Assembly: GCA_963849325.1 (NCBI GenBank)
Contig: CAWKHF010000012.1
Span: forward strand, 256,001-320,000
DNA length: 64,000 nucleotides
Reading direction: 5' to 3'
From: an uncultured Planctomycetota bacterium
Lineage (GTDB): Bacteria > Planctomycetota > Planctomycetia > Gemmatales > Gemmataceae
Shown: positions 44,256-55,101 of the stretch, one piece after another
Numbering within the stretch: position 1 is the stretch's first letter
How the letters are laid out: every line of letters begins with the position of its first letter
Notes under the pieces: model-generated
Databases searched by the model: none
What the model was told of the DNA's origin: nothing
What the model saw: only the letters and a program-made list of their open reading frames with translations
Position numbers and translations under genes: made by a program

Positions 44256-44574
44256 GGGTGTCCTCCCTTGTCGCAAGGCGCTCGTTGGTCCCCAGCACCT
44301 TACTTTGCCCTGTCCTCGCCCCCCTTGCAAGTCGAGAGCGGAGGGAGGCAACGGCGCGGCCAACGCCGCAGGCGCAGCTGTGCCGGGATTGCCCCGATTG
44401 CCTCACGGGGGGAGACGACGCCTTTTGCCAGATTCGCCAACTGTAGCGAAAACAGCGACCCTCGGCGGAGGAACGAAAGGAGATCACCCGATTGAACTTG
44501 ACTCGACGTGGAGGAAGTGCGCTACAGTTTCGGCGAGCGTCGCCGCGGCGTTAGCTCGTGAAGAGGAGGTTGTC

Positions 44575-45408
44575 ATGTCCCCGGTCCTGCCCATCCTGTG
44601 CGTCCTGCTCGGCGCCGCACCGGCCATCGAAACGCAGTTCGTCCAGGTCGCGCCGGATCGGCCGCAACGACGCTGGTGGTCCACGCCCGGACAGACGCGG
44701 GCCGTCGTGCTCATCCACGGCCTGTACGTCCATCCCTTCAGCAAGACCAACGTCACTCGCGCGCATCTGCACAGCTGGCAGACGCCGAATTGCCTGCTGG
44801 TCAAACGACTCGCCGCCGACGCGGACGTGTTCGCCTTCTCCTACGCCCAGACCGTCAGTGCCGACGAGGTCGCCGAGTGCCCGGAGCTGGAAGGGCAAGT
44901 GCGCCGACTCCGCCGCGAAGGATATCGGGAGATTGTGCTGATCGGCCACAGCGCCGGCGGCGTCATCGCCCGGCAGTTCGTCGAGGACCATCCCGACTGC
45001 GGCGTGACCAAGGTGATTCAGGTGTGTACGCCCAACGCCGGCTCGGGCTGGGCGAAGTGGCAGACGGTGCGCTCCAACCAGATCGAGTTTCTCGAATCGC
45101 TGAGCAAGCCGGTTCGCCGTCGCTGTCTCTCGGAGCGAGCGGACAAGCAGGTGCCGGCCGGGATTGAGTTCGCCTGCATCGTCGGCACCGGCACCGTCGT
45201 CGGCGATGGTCTGGTATCGACCCGTTCGCAGTACACGCCGGATCTGCAGCGTCAACTCATCCCCGTGTATCCGTTCAACGCCACGCACTGGACGGTGCTG
45301 CGCAGTCACAAGGGGGCCGAACTGGTGGCCCGCCTGGTGCGGGAACCCCAGCCGCGTTGGGATGCGGAACACGTGGCGGAAGTGTGCCGCCGTATCTGGC
45401 GCGATTGA
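44575..45408 (+). CDS. Alpha/beta-hydrolase (lipase/esterase-like), exported
   Basis: VVLIHGL, IGHSAGG nucleophile elbow, TPNAGS, GDGLV, H; GAGGAGG RBS. Confidence 0.85.
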   Translation: MSPVLPILCVLLGAAPAIETQFVQVAPDRPQRRWWSTPGQTRAVVLIHGLYVHPFSKTNVTRAHLHSWQTPNCLLVKRLAADADVFAFSYAQTVSADEVAECPELEGQVRRLRREGYREIVLIGHSAGGVIARQFVEDHPDCGVTKVIQVCTPNAGSGWAKWQTVRSNQIEFLESLSKPVRRRCLSERADKQVPAGIEFACIVGTGTVVGDGLVSTRSQYTPDLQRQLIPVYPFNATHWTVLRSHKGAELVARLVREPQPRWDAEHVAEVCRRIWRD

Positions 45409-45423
45409 TCCGCCTCGCGGCGA

Positions 45424-45816
45424 TTAACCGACGAGCGAGGGCCAGCTGGGCGGGCGGCCGTCCTCATCGACGGAAAAGCTACAGAGGGTCTGTTCGGCCT
45501 CGAGCGTCGGCCGGTCGATGACGCCCATGCCGACGAGAATGTCGCCCAGCGACGGACTTCGCCTCACCTGGACGCGCAACAACTCCTCCAACCCCTGCTC
45601 GCTCAGAAAGCCCAACTCCACGGCGATCCGGCCAAAGGGCCGGTGTTGCTGGGCCTGGACGCTCAGGATCTTGAAGACTTGCCCCATGCTCAGGTGGCCG
45701 GTTTGCACGGCAAGTTGGCCAATGGGAGTTCGACTCTTCATCTGCTGGTCGAGCGCCTGAACCACCTGCTCTGCCTTCACCAGCCCTTTGCGCACCAACT
45801 CGGTTGCCAGCCGCAT
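45424..45816 (-). CDS. Stand-alone MshEN-like repeat protein
   Basis: Four ~29-aa repeats resembling RLGxxLxxxGxxxxxxLxxxLxxQ; GAGGAGG RBS. Confidence 0.7.
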   Translation of the reverse strand: MRLATELVRKGLVKAEQVVQALDQQMKSRTPIGQLAVQTGHLSMGQVFKILSVQAQQHRPFGRIAVELGFLSEQGLEELLRVQVRRSPSLGDILVGMGVIDRPTLEAEQTLCSFSVDEDGRPPSWPSLVG

Positions 45817-46142
45817 GGGACCAACGCCTCCTCAGGAAAGATCGGGCTTCCAAGCAGAAGCATAGCACGGGATCAAGGGAGTGGCGGCGTCGCTTATGCC
45901 ATGATGGCCCGCCGCGCCGCGGGCCGTGTCAACGATCCTCCTACCCTTCGTCGAGGATGGGTATGGAAGGACGCCCGCCACTCTCGTGGTGGCGTGGGGA
46001 ATGACAAGAACGATCAATGCGTTGCCCGCAGACGATGCGGGCGAGAATCATTCCGTATTCCGGCGACTGTGCCGAGGAAGTGGGGGCGAAAGGACGTGCT
46101 CGGGCGTTGGCAAGACGCTTCCCTGGAAGCGAATGCGCGGCC

Positions 46143-46385
46143 TCAGGTCATAACGCGCGCCCGGCGACCGCCCTTGCGACCGGCCTCGCGCGCTTCCTCC
46201 GACGTGAAACGGTGGGCCGTGCCGCGCGAATGGGCCGCCTGGCCGCCCTTGCGTCCGGCCTCCCGAGCCTCTTCGGACGTGAACTCGTGGGCCGTGCCCT
46301 TCTCGTGCGCCGCCCGGCCGCCCTTGCTGGCGATTTCCCGCTGCCGGTTCGCATCCATGCTGGCAAATCCACGCTTTCGGTTCAT
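46143..46385 (-). CDS. KGG-repeat general stress protein (GsiB/YciG-like)
   Basis: RGFASMD...REIASKGG; two copies of GTAH.FTSEEAREAGRKGG. Confidence 0.92.
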   Translation of the reverse strand: MNRKRGFASMDANRQREIASKGGRAAHEKGTAHEFTSEEAREAGRKGGQAAHSRGTAHRFTSEEAREAGRKGGRRARVMT

Positions 46386-46558
46386 GAGAGGAACTCCTCA
46401 CCTCTATGGTTAAGGATGTGCCCCGCCCGGCCAACGCCGAGCCTGGGCGTCCACTACTACCGAGAAGTAGATGCAAACGAAGTGCCCAAAATGAGTACGA
46501 GGGACAAGAAGGCGGAGAACGCCTGCCGGATGAGTCGGCGAAGGCCCCGGAGCCGAAC

Positions 46559-46588
46559 TTGACCCGGACGAACCGGGTCTCTTAGAAT
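46559..46588 (+). promoter_or_regulatory. Sigma70-type promoter, probably giving a leaderless transcript
   Basis: TTGACC-18 nt-TAGAAT ending 8 nt before ATG 46597; no RBS visible. Confidence 0.5.
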
Positions 46589-46596
46589 CCGCCCTC

Positions 46597-47365
46597 ATGA
46601 AACAGCTTCAGTACGTGGTAACGGGGACCGGCCGCTCCGGCACGGTCTACCTGGCCAATCTGTTGACCCAGTGTGGTTTGCCGTGCGGCCACGAGAGCGT
46701 GTTCACGCCCCTGGGGCTGGACGAGGCCCTTGCCGCGCCTGGAAGGCCGCTCGGCGATTCAGGTCAGCGCCATCTCGCGGCAGTCCTGCGGCGACTGGTT
46801 CGGCGGCAGCAAAGACTTGGTCGCCGATTCGAGCTACATGGCCGCTCCGTTTCTCGACCACGCCATCCTGCACGAGGCGCACGTCCTCCACGTCGTGCGC
46901 CATCCGATGGACGTCATCAACTCCTTCGTGGTGGGATTGAACTATTTCCAGCAGTGGCTCCCGTCCGACCCGTGGCACTGGTTCATCTACACGCACGTCC
47001 CGGAGTTGCGCTGGATTATCATCCGCTGGAGCGGGCCGCCCTGTACTACGTCCGCTGGAACCGCCTGATCGAGACGCGCTCGGCCGGCAAGCCGTACTTC
47101 TTCTGCCAGCTGGAGACGATTGCGAGTCCGCTGTTGGCCTACCTGGGACGGCACTGCGCCGACGAAACCTTGCTGTGGCGCGCGCAGGGTCAACAGCCGC
47201 ATGGACGGCAAGCCGGAGTATACGTTCGCGGACATTCCGTCCGGCCCCATCCGCGCGGAGCTGCGCGACCTCGCGGAGCGCTACGGCTACACCCTGCCGG
47301 GGGGCGGCTCGCGGCGTCGGAAGCTGTGGCGGCGGATGTGGGGCGCTGTGCGCATCGGGGCATAA
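46597..47365 (+). CDS. Sulfotransferase-like protein (frameshifted)
   Basis: VVTGTGRSGT PAPS-binding loop, CGHE, HVVRHPMDVINS; ends LAERYGY. Confidence 0.75.
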
Positions 47366-47397
47366 AGGGCCGGCAACGAGGGACAATGCGGCCGGCA

Positions 47398-47426
47398 TTG
47401 ACAGGAAAAAGAGGGCGGGATAGGAT
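47398..47426 (+). promoter_or_regulatory. Sigma70-type promoter for glf locus
   Basis: TTGACA-17 nt-TAGGAT. Confidence 0.6.
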
Positions 47427-47553
47427 CAGCCCACTTCGTTACGATCGAATCCGGAAAGACCGGGCATCCGCCACGGATCGCGCAGACGACACACGCACTC
47501 CGTATCCGACCAACCGGCGGACGGGGACGAGTCCGAAGCCAAGGATAAGGCGC

Positions 47554-48660
47554 ATGCTCGACGACGTCGATCTTCTCATTTGCGGGGCGGGCCCGGTGGG
47601 CTGTGTTCTCGCCGAGCGTGCCGCCCGCGTGCTGGGTTGGCGTGTCCTGATCGTCGATCGCCGCCGCCACATCGCCGGCAATTGCTACGACTCCCGCCAC
47701 GCCAACGGCGTCCTCATCCACAATTACGGTCCCCATTATTTCCGAACCCGAGACGAATCGCTGCTGAAATACCTGTCGCACTTCACCGACTGGATTCCGG
47801 CACGCTACGAAGTCAAGAGCCTGGTGCGCGGCGAGCTGTTCCCCTTCCCGATCAACCTGACGACGCTGGAACAGTTCTTCAAGCGATCCGTTGACCGCCG
47901 AGGAGGCGGACGCCCTGCTCGCCCGCCACCGTCGCTTCACGCCCCAGCCGCGCAACTCCGAGGAGTACGTGCTCGGCCGTGTCGGCCGCGAATTGTACGA
48001 GGCGTTCTATCTGAATTACACGCGCAAGCAGTGGGACATGCACCCGCGCGAGCTGGAGCCGACCGTCTGCGGACGCATCCCCGTGCGCCTCAATCGGGAC
48101 AACCGCTACGTCGATCATCGCTACCAGGTGATGCCGGCCCGCGGCTTCACGGCGCTGTTCGGACGCATGCTCCGCCACCGCAATATCCGCGTCCTGCTGG
48201 ACTGCCCTTTTCAGGAGGTGCGCCACCTGGTCCGGCCGCGCCGGGCCACCGTCTATACCGGCCCCATCGATGAATACTTCGAGTGGCGGCTCGGCCGGTT
48301 GCCGTATCGCTCTTTGCGGTTCGATTGGGTTGCCTACCCGACGGAATACAAGCAGCCGTGCGTGCAGATCAACTATCCCAATGATTCGCCGTACACGCGC
48401 TCCGTCGAGATCAAGCACGTCACGGGGCAGAAGCATCCGGAAACGGTCGTCAGCTACGAACGGCCGTGCGGACAGGGCGAGCCGTATTATCCGGTGCCGA
48501 AGGCGGACAACCTCGCCCTGTATCGCCGCTATCAGCAGCTGGCCGAGGAGGAGACGCGGCGACGCCGCGTCTGGTTCTGCGGCCGGCTGGCCCAGTACCG
48601 TTATTTCAACACCGACGAGGTGATTCGGGAGGCCTTGCAGTGCTTCGAGGACATCCGCAA
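47554..48660 (+). CDS. glf: UDP-galactopyranose mutase (frameshift near 47890; probably fused to the downstream glycosyltransferase)
   Basis: ICGAGPVG, RRHIAGNCYD, HNYGPHYF, YTRKQW, RIPVR, LPYRSLRF, EPYYPVP, GRLAQYRYFN. Confidence 0.93.
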
Positions 48661-51019
48661 ACGCTGTCCGAACGACGCCCCGCCATCTGCTTTGTCGCCA
48701 ATGACTTCGACTACGTGATGCGCAACGGCGGCATCGGCACGTACAACTGGCTGATGGCGCACCTGCTGGCGCAGCCAGGGCTGGGACGTCCACGTTCTCT
48801 ACTGCGGGGGGATGCGGCAGCGCAAGGAGATGCTGGCCGTGGCGCGAGCGGCTACGCCAGGCCGGCATCGGCTGGTCCTACCTGCCGGATTTCGAGGAGT
48901 CGGTCGAGTTGGCCGTCGAGGGCATCACCGACATCGTGCAGGTCTACTTCAGCGAGCGCGTCCGCTACGCGCTGGAGGAACTGCACCGCCGGCATCGTTT
49001 CGACCTGATCGAGTTCGGCGAGTGGGGAGCGCTGGGCTTCCGCTGCGTCCAGGCCAAGCGCGCCGGCCTGGCCTTCCAGGACGTTCGCCTGATCGTCAAG
49101 CTGCACAGCTCCAGCCAGTGGATGCGCGAGGGCAACCACCAGTGGCTGGCCGACCCCAACGAGGTCGAGGTCGATTACTGCGAGCGCTACGCCTTCGAGC
49201 ACGCCGACGTTCAGCTCAGCCCCTCGCGCTACATGCTCGACTACGCCCGGCAGATCGGCTGGGACGTGCGTCCCGATGCACGGGTCATCGCCGTATCGCT
49301 TACCCGGAGCCGGAGTTCACGCCGGCGGCGGCCGCCTGGCCCTGGTGTGCCGGAGTTGGTGTTCTTCGGCCGGCTGGAGACGCGCAAGGGGCTGGAGGTA
49401 TTCGTTCGCGCCGTGCGGCAGCTGGACCCGTCCGTGAAGGTGACGTTCCTGGGCCGCGTCAACCCAGATGAACGACAGCCGTAGCTCTCTGGAGTACATC
49501 AAGGAGCAGTTGGCCGGTCGGTCGTACACGCTGCTGACCGACTACAACCGCGAGCAGGCGCTGCGTTACCTCGCGTCCGGCGATCGCCTGGCCGATCATC
49601 GCTTCGCTGGCGGAGAACTCGCCCTTCACCGTCATCGAATGCGTCCTCAACGGTCTGCCGTTTCTGGCCTCGCGCGTCGGCGGTATCCCGGAGCTGTTGC
49701 CCGACGAGTGGTTCCAGGGTCGCCTGCTGTTCGAGCCGAATGCAGCCGACCTGCTGCGCTGTCTGCACGCCTACCTGGACTTGCCGGCATCCGATCGCGC
49801 CGAACTATGGCAGGCGACGCGACGCGCCACCCACGTCGCCGAGCACAATCGCGCCGCGGCCGAACTCTATGGCGAGCTACTACGTCCGCCGAGCCGGGAG
49901 CGTCAGCGACCGGAGGAAAGTCCTCCAGTCGCTGACGCTCCCGGCTCGGCGGACGAGGAGAAACCGTTGGTGACGGTGGCCATCGCCTATTACAACCTGG
50001 GGGCGTATCTGCCGGAGACGCTGGCCTCGCTGGCGGCGCAGACGTATCCCCATCTCGAAGTGGTGGTCATCAACGACGGCTCCACGGACCCCCATTCGCG
50101 CGAGGTGTTCGAGCAGCAGCAGGCGCTGTACCCGCACTTTCGCTTCCTCAGCCAGGACAACGCCGGCATCGGCGCCACGCGCAACCGTGGATTGGCCGAG
50201 GCACGCGGGGAATACTTCATGCCGATGGACGCCGACAACGTGGCCCGTCCGGACATGATCGAGCGTTTCGTGTCGGCCCTGCGCCACAACCCGGACCTGG
50301 CCGCCCTGACGTGCTTCTGCCTGGCCTTCGAGGACTCAAGCGACCTGCAAAATCAGGAATTTCAGTACGCCTATCGCCCGACGGGTGGGCCGCACATCCT
50401 GGCCGGCGTCAAGAACGTCTACGGCGACGCCAACGCCATCTTCCGCACCGACGTTTTTCGCTCGGTCGGCGGCTACGAGACCGACCGCGACAGCTCGTGG
50501 GAAGACCTGGAGGCGTTCGTCAAGCTGGTCAACGCCGGCCATCGCCTCGACGTTCTGCCGGAGTACCTGTTTTATTACCGGCACCTGGAGACGGGCTTCT
50601 CGCGCATCACCGATACGTACCTGAATCAGCGGCGCGTGCTACGGCAGTATTTCCAGCTCAACAACCTATCCGTCGCCGAAGGCATGGCCCTGTGGACGAC
50701 CCTGGTCAGCCTGCACAAACGCAACGACGCCCTCGCCCTGCGCCTGACGTCGCTGCGCTACCGGATAGCGGACTCGGTTCACGAGTTGTTCGCCGGCGTA
50801 CCGGGCGTCAAGAAAAGCCTCAAATGGCTGCTGCAAGCGGCTGGGCGAGCCTGGCGATTCCTGACGACGCGCCGCGTCGCGGAGGAGGACGAACGTCCAC
50901 CGAAGCCGGAACGTCGTGGATCGGCGGAACCCAACCGCGAATCCGCGCCCCGGGTCGTTCGCCGCAGCGCCGTGGAGAACGGCCGGGCGGCGTTGACAGG
51001 GAACGGTCGGTTTTCGTAG
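48661..51019 (+). CDS. GT4 + GT2 glycosyltransferase (several frameshifts)
   Basis: ICFVANDF...GGIGT, FFGRLETRKG, ENSPFTVIEC...ASRVGGIPEL (shifted frame), VTVAIAYYNLG, INDGSTD, MDADN, WED. Confidence 0.85.
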
Positions 51020-51091
51020 TATCCCGCTCGCGTTGGCCGGTTCGTCGGCGAACCGCAACTCGAAACCATTTCCCGGAAAGGACTCCGGCAC

Positions 51092-51724
51092 ATGAAATGT
51101 CTGTCGGCCCCCCTTCTGACGGCCCTGTTCGCTTCGCTCGTCGCTTTCGCCAGCCCGGCCCGAGCGGACTGGGTCTACACGACCAATCCCAGCCCACCCG
51201 GCTTGACCGTTACCAACGGCTCCGGGGCCACCGCCTCCAGCGCCTCGGTCCAGCTAACCCCTTTCAGCAATGCTACCGGCTCCTCGACGATTCCCGTTAT
51301 TGCCTACGTGACGTCGTCGGGCAGCACTCCGGTAACCTTCGACTCCGGTGATCCCAACACGCATTACCAGCTGACCCTGAACATCATGGACAATTCCACC
51401 CATGCGTCCAACACGTGGACCTTCAACGGCGCCATCACGGGGACGCTGGGGACGACGGGCTTGACGAACAGCCTCACGCCCGTCGGCAGCAGTACCTTCA
51501 GCCTGGGGAAAGACGTTTTCACCGTGACCATCCCCGACCAGGCGCTGACTGGACCGGGCCAGCAGAACATCATCGCCAACGTCACCGTCAACGGCGGCGG
51601 CGGCGGCGGGACCGTGTCCAGCACGCCGGAGCCGGCCAGCCTGGTGCTGGGCGGCCTGGGCTTCTCCTTCTTCGGCGCCGGCTGCTGGTTCAAACGCCGC
51701 CGTGATGTCACGCCGGTAGCGTGA
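51092..51724 (+). CDS. PEP-CTERM sorting-domain surface protein
   Basis: Signal peptide ending ARA, Thr/Ser/Gly-rich body, TPEPASLVLGGLGFSFFGAGCWFKRRR. Confidence 0.92.
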   Translation: MKCLSAPLLTALFASLVAFASPARADWVYTTNPSPPGLTVTNGSGATASSASVQLTPFSNATGSSTIPVIAYVTSSGSTPVTFDSGDPNTHYQLTLNIMDNSTHASNTWTFNGAITGTLGTTGLTNSLTPVGSSTFSLGKDVFTVTIPDQALTGPGQQNIIANVTVNGGGGGGTVSSTPEPASLVLGGLGFSFFGAGCWFKRRRDVTPVA

Positions 51725-51980
51725 CGGACGGAAGCGGAGGGGAGAGGAGGGGACGATTGACCCTGACCGTCTCGGCCGTTTACAATGCCCCTGGGACACT
51801 CCATGAGTCATCCCTCGGGCTGGGCCGTCGCCGACGGGTTTTGCCGGATGTCGCCCGTCGTGTGGGGCCGGCCGGGGCATCGCTCCTCCTCTCCCTCGGG
51901 TTCGCGCCCAACGGAGAGGTTGCCCGCGGGTGGAGTAGCGACCCGCAAGCGGCGACCTCGGCAGCGCGAAGGGCCTTTCG

Positions 51981-52817
51981 TTGATCCTCCTGGCGTTCTT
52001 CTTCCCCCTGGCCATCTATCTGCTCATTCTCGGCGTCCTCAACCGGCGCCGCCGTCCCCTGCTCGTCTCCGGCGTGTGGGACGGCATCGGTCTGTTATTC
52101 GGCGCCTCCGGCTTTCTCCTCTTCGCCGGCCCCGCCATCTTCAGCAGTCTCAGTGAACGCTGGCGGGCGTACTGGCTGCTCGGCCACGGCGGCGCCTCGA
52201 TGGCCGGGCCGGACGGCGCCTGGCAATTTTGGGTGTTCCTGTCGGTCCTGTATTTCCTGCTGGTTGTCGGCGGCGCCGCGTTCCTCTTGTGGCGGCAGCG
52301 CACGCTGACGGCCATCTACAACGTCGAGGCGGCGCAGGTCGAACGCGCCTTGACGCAAATCTGCGCGAAGCTGGGTCTCAACCCGGTGCAGTCCGGCGGC
52401 CTCTTCCTGTTTGGCCTGTCCCTCGGCCCGTCGTCAGAGCGGCGCGGCGCCAACGGGGAGCGCATCCAGGTGCCGCATCACCTGCCCGCCGCCGTCCGAG
52501 CCGTCGGCCGCGAACATCCGGAGACGATGCTCCAGCCGTCCGGGGAAGAACGGACGTCGCACGGCGCCGTTCTGGAACCGACGGCCATCCTGGAGTTGGA
52601 TCATTTTCCGCTGATGCGTCACGTCACGCTACGCTGGGATCCGGCGGATTGTCCTCTGCGCCCGGTCGTCGAGGCGGAGCTGAGTCAGTGCCTGGCGGAG
52701 ATGCCGGTGGGCGAAAGTCTTCTCGGCGGCTGGCTGCTGGGCCTGGGTTGTCTACTCCTCGCTTTCGAGTTCCTGGGCGCCTGTGTCGTGATCCTTCTCC
52801 ATGCGGTCCTCCGTTGA
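51981..52817 (+). CDS. Hypothetical membrane protein
   Basis: Three N-terminal and one C-terminal hydrophobic segments; start codon uncertain. Confidence 0.7.
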   Translation: MILLAFFFPLAIYLLILGVLNRRRRPLLVSGVWDGIGLLFGASGFLLFAGPAIFSSLSERWRAYWLLGHGGASMAGPDGAWQFWVFLSVLYFLLVVGGAAFLLWRQRTLTAIYNVEAAQVERALTQICAKLGLNPVQSGGLFLFGLSLGPSSERRGANGERIQVPHHLPAAVRAVGREHPETMLQPSGEERTSHGAVLEPTAILELDHFPLMRHVTLRWDPADCPLRPVVEAELSQCLAEMPVGESLLGGWLLGLGCLLLAFEFLGACVVILLHAVLR

Positions 52818-52830
52818 CGGTTACTGCCTT

Positions 52831-52901
52831 CTCGTTTAGCCGCGACGCGCAGCGGAGCGCGGGACAGACCCGCGCTCCGCTGCGCGTCGCGGCTAAACGA
52901 G
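52831..52901. repeat. REP-like palindrome, family B
   Basis: Same arms as 7960-8034. Confidence 0.9.
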
Positions 52902-53042
52902 GAGGGAATGAGAAATTCACCGCCGCGCTCTTGCAACGGGTCGAGCCGGTTGAAATAATAATCCCTCTCCCATAGAACGTAAGTTCGGGACACCCGCGCG
53001 GTCGTGTGGTGTCCCCTTTATGTTTGTCAGCGAGACGCGAAC

Positions 53043-53687
53043 ATGGCCGAGTCCGTGGTACTGGTGACCGAAAAACGGGACACGCGCGGCACGCGCACGG
53101 CCCGCCGATTGCGCGGGCAGGGCCGAGTGCCCGGCGTGGTGTACGGGCACAAGGAAGAAACCCTGTCGGTGTCCGTGGCCACCGACGATCTGGTGTCGGC
53201 GATCCGCCACGGGGCGCGCGTCGTCGATCTGCGCTCCGATGCCGGCTTGCAGAAGGCGCAGATCGCCGAATTGCAGTGGGACCATCTGGGCCACGAGGTA
53301 CTGCACGTCGATTTCCGCCGTGTCGCGGCCGACGAGCGCATCCACGTCACGGTCCCGATCGAGGTGCGCGGCATCGCCCCCGGCGTGACCGCCGGCGGCG
53401 TGCTCGATCAGCCGATCCACACGTTGTCCGTCGAGTGTCCGGCCGACAGCGTGCCGGAGTCGATCCGCGTCAACATCAACGAACTGCAGCTCGGCGGCGC
53501 CATCCACGTGCGCGATCTGCATCTGCCGGACGGCGTCAAGGCGCTGGCCGACCCCGACGCCATCGTGGTCCACGTGACGGCCCCGCAGGCCGAGCCGGAA
53601 GCCGCCGCGGCGCCGGGCGCCGAACAGGCCGAGCCGGAAGTCATCGGACGCAAGGCCGCCGCCGAGGAAGGCGAAGAGGAGAAGTAA
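53043..53687 (+). CDS. rplY: 50S ribosomal protein L25/Ctc (long form)
   Basis: ARRLR..GRVPGVVYG, LHVDF, GGVLDQ, IHVRDL.LP, EPEVI. Confidence 0.96.
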   Translation: MAESVVLVTEKRDTRGTRTARRLRGQGRVPGVVYGHKEETLSVSVATDDLVSAIRHGARVVDLRSDAGLQKAQIAELQWDHLGHEVLHVDFRRVAADERIHVTVPIEVRGIAPGVTAGGVLDQPIHTLSVECPADSVPESIRVNINELQLGGAIHVRDLHLPDGVKALADPDAIVVHVTAPQAEPEAAAAPGAEQAEPEVIGRKAAAEEGEEEK

Positions 53688-53688
53688 G

Positions 53689-53748
53689 GTTTAGCCGCGA
53701 CGCGAAGCGGAGCGCAGGCACGCGCTCCGCTGCGCGTCGCGGCTAAAC
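53689..53748. repeat. REP-like palindrome, family B
   Basis: Between rplY and pth. Confidence 0.88.
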
Positions 53749-53760
53749 GAAGTGATTCCC

Positions 53761-54342
53761 ATGAAGGTCGTCGTCGGTCTGGGCAACCCCGGCAAGCGCT
53801 ACGACGGCACGCGGCACAACGTCGGCTTCGCCGTCCTCGACAGCCTGGCGTCGGGTCCGCGGGCCGGCCGCTTTCAGTCGCGCTTCCAGGCCCAGGTGGG
53901 CGAGCTGGTCGAGGACGCGGGCAAGCTCTTGCTGGTCAAGCCGGAGACGTTCATGAACCTGAGCGGCCGCTGCGTCCGCGAGGTCATGGATTTCTACCAA
54001 TTGCCGCTGACCGACCTGCTGGTGGTCTGCGACGACATCAACCTGCCGCTGGGCAAGCTGCGCGTCCGGGCCAAGGGAACGCATGGCGGCCACAACGGCC
54101 TGCGCGACATTCAGAACCACCTGGGTACGACGGAATACGCTCGCCTGCGCCTCGGCGTCGATGCTCCTCGCGAGGACGCGGTCGATCACGTGCTCGGCCG
54201 CTTCAACGCCTCCGAGCGTGCCGTGATCGACGATGCGGTTGCGCTGGCCGCCCAGGCGGTGATGGTCTGGGCGGTCCAGGGTGTCGAGACGTGCATGAAC
54301 CAGTATAACGGTCCCAAGGAGCGAGGCGGAGATAACGGTTGA
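53761..54342 (+). CDS. pth: Peptidyl-tRNA hydrolase
   Basis: VGLGNPG..Y..TRHNVGF, KPETFMNLSG, GGHNGL. Confidence 0.97.
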   Translation: MKVVVGLGNPGKRYDGTRHNVGFAVLDSLASGPRAGRFQSRFQAQVGELVEDAGKLLLVKPETFMNLSGRCVREVMDFYQLPLTDLLVVCDDINLPLGKLRVRAKGTHGGHNGLRDIQNHLGTTEYARLRLGVDAPREDAVDHVLGRFNASERAVIDDAVALAAQAVMVWAVQGVETCMNQYNGPKERGGDNG

Positions 54343-54398
54343 GCCGCGGGCGGCTTAGCGCTGAGGCGCCGGCGGCCGGATAGATAAGTGAGCCACGA

Positions 54399-54845
54399 AT
54401 GCCAGCCAACGTCTACGAGTGCATGTTCCTTCTGGACACCAACAAGGTCGCCGGCGACGTCCACGCCGCCGCCAAGCAGCTGCACACCATCCTGGAACGC
54501 AACCAGGCCGAGGTGCTGGCCAGCCGGCCGTGGGACGAACGCCGTTTGGCCTATCCCATCAGCGGCCACAAGAAGGGGCTGTATTACTTGACCTACTTCC
54601 GCACCGAGGGCAAGAACCTCGCCACCATCGAGCACGACTTCGCCCTCAACGAAACCGATCCTGCGCGCGCTGATCTCAAGGTCGATCCCAAGCAGGTGGA
54701 CATCATGCTGCAGCTGGCCCGCGACGAGCACGCCGTCGCCCTGCAGACCGTCACCGAGCCGCCGGCCGACGAGACCGGCCTGGGCGACGAAGGTGATCGC
54801 GGACATCGCCGCGGTCCACGCCGCAAGGACGAAAAGGAGGGGTAA
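54399..54845 (+). CDS. rpsF: 30S ribosomal protein S6
   Basis: YECMFLL, WDERRLAYPI, GLYYL; short compensating frameshift near 54657-54676. Confidence 0.93.
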   Translation: MPANVYECMFLLDTNKVAGDVHAAAKQLHTILERNQAEVLASRPWDERRLAYPISGHKKGLYYLTYFRTEGKNLATIEHDFALNETDPARADLKVDPKQVDIMLQLARDEHAVALQTVTEPPADETGLGDEGDRGHRRGPRRKDEKEG

Positions 54846-54846
54846 G

Positions 54847-54903
54847 ACAAGCCCCGAGCGCCAGCGACGGGTCTGTATATCCCGTCGCTGGCTCGGGGCT
54901 TGT
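54847..54903. repeat. REP-like palindrome, family D
   Basis: acaagccccgagcgccagcgacggg...cccgtcgctggctcggggcttgt. Confidence 0.85.
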
Positions 54904-55101
54904 GGGCAAAAGAGCGAAGATGAACACACTTTGGGGTTTGCGAGACCTCCAAGGGAGGAAAAAATCGGCACGAATCCGCTACCGTGCTTGCACATGCCTA
55001 CCAAACGGATGTATAGTACCCGTTGGTGATCGGAGTGAGGGAGTGGGGTGATTCGACCCGGCGAACGGGCCTCTCCCCTCCCCGTGCAGGAGATGCCCCC
55101 A

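Noticed and set aside
46597-48273. Sulfotransferase-Glf fusion ORF
   Set aside because: Frameshift artefact; a stop at 47365 and a clear promoter (47398-47426) separate the genes
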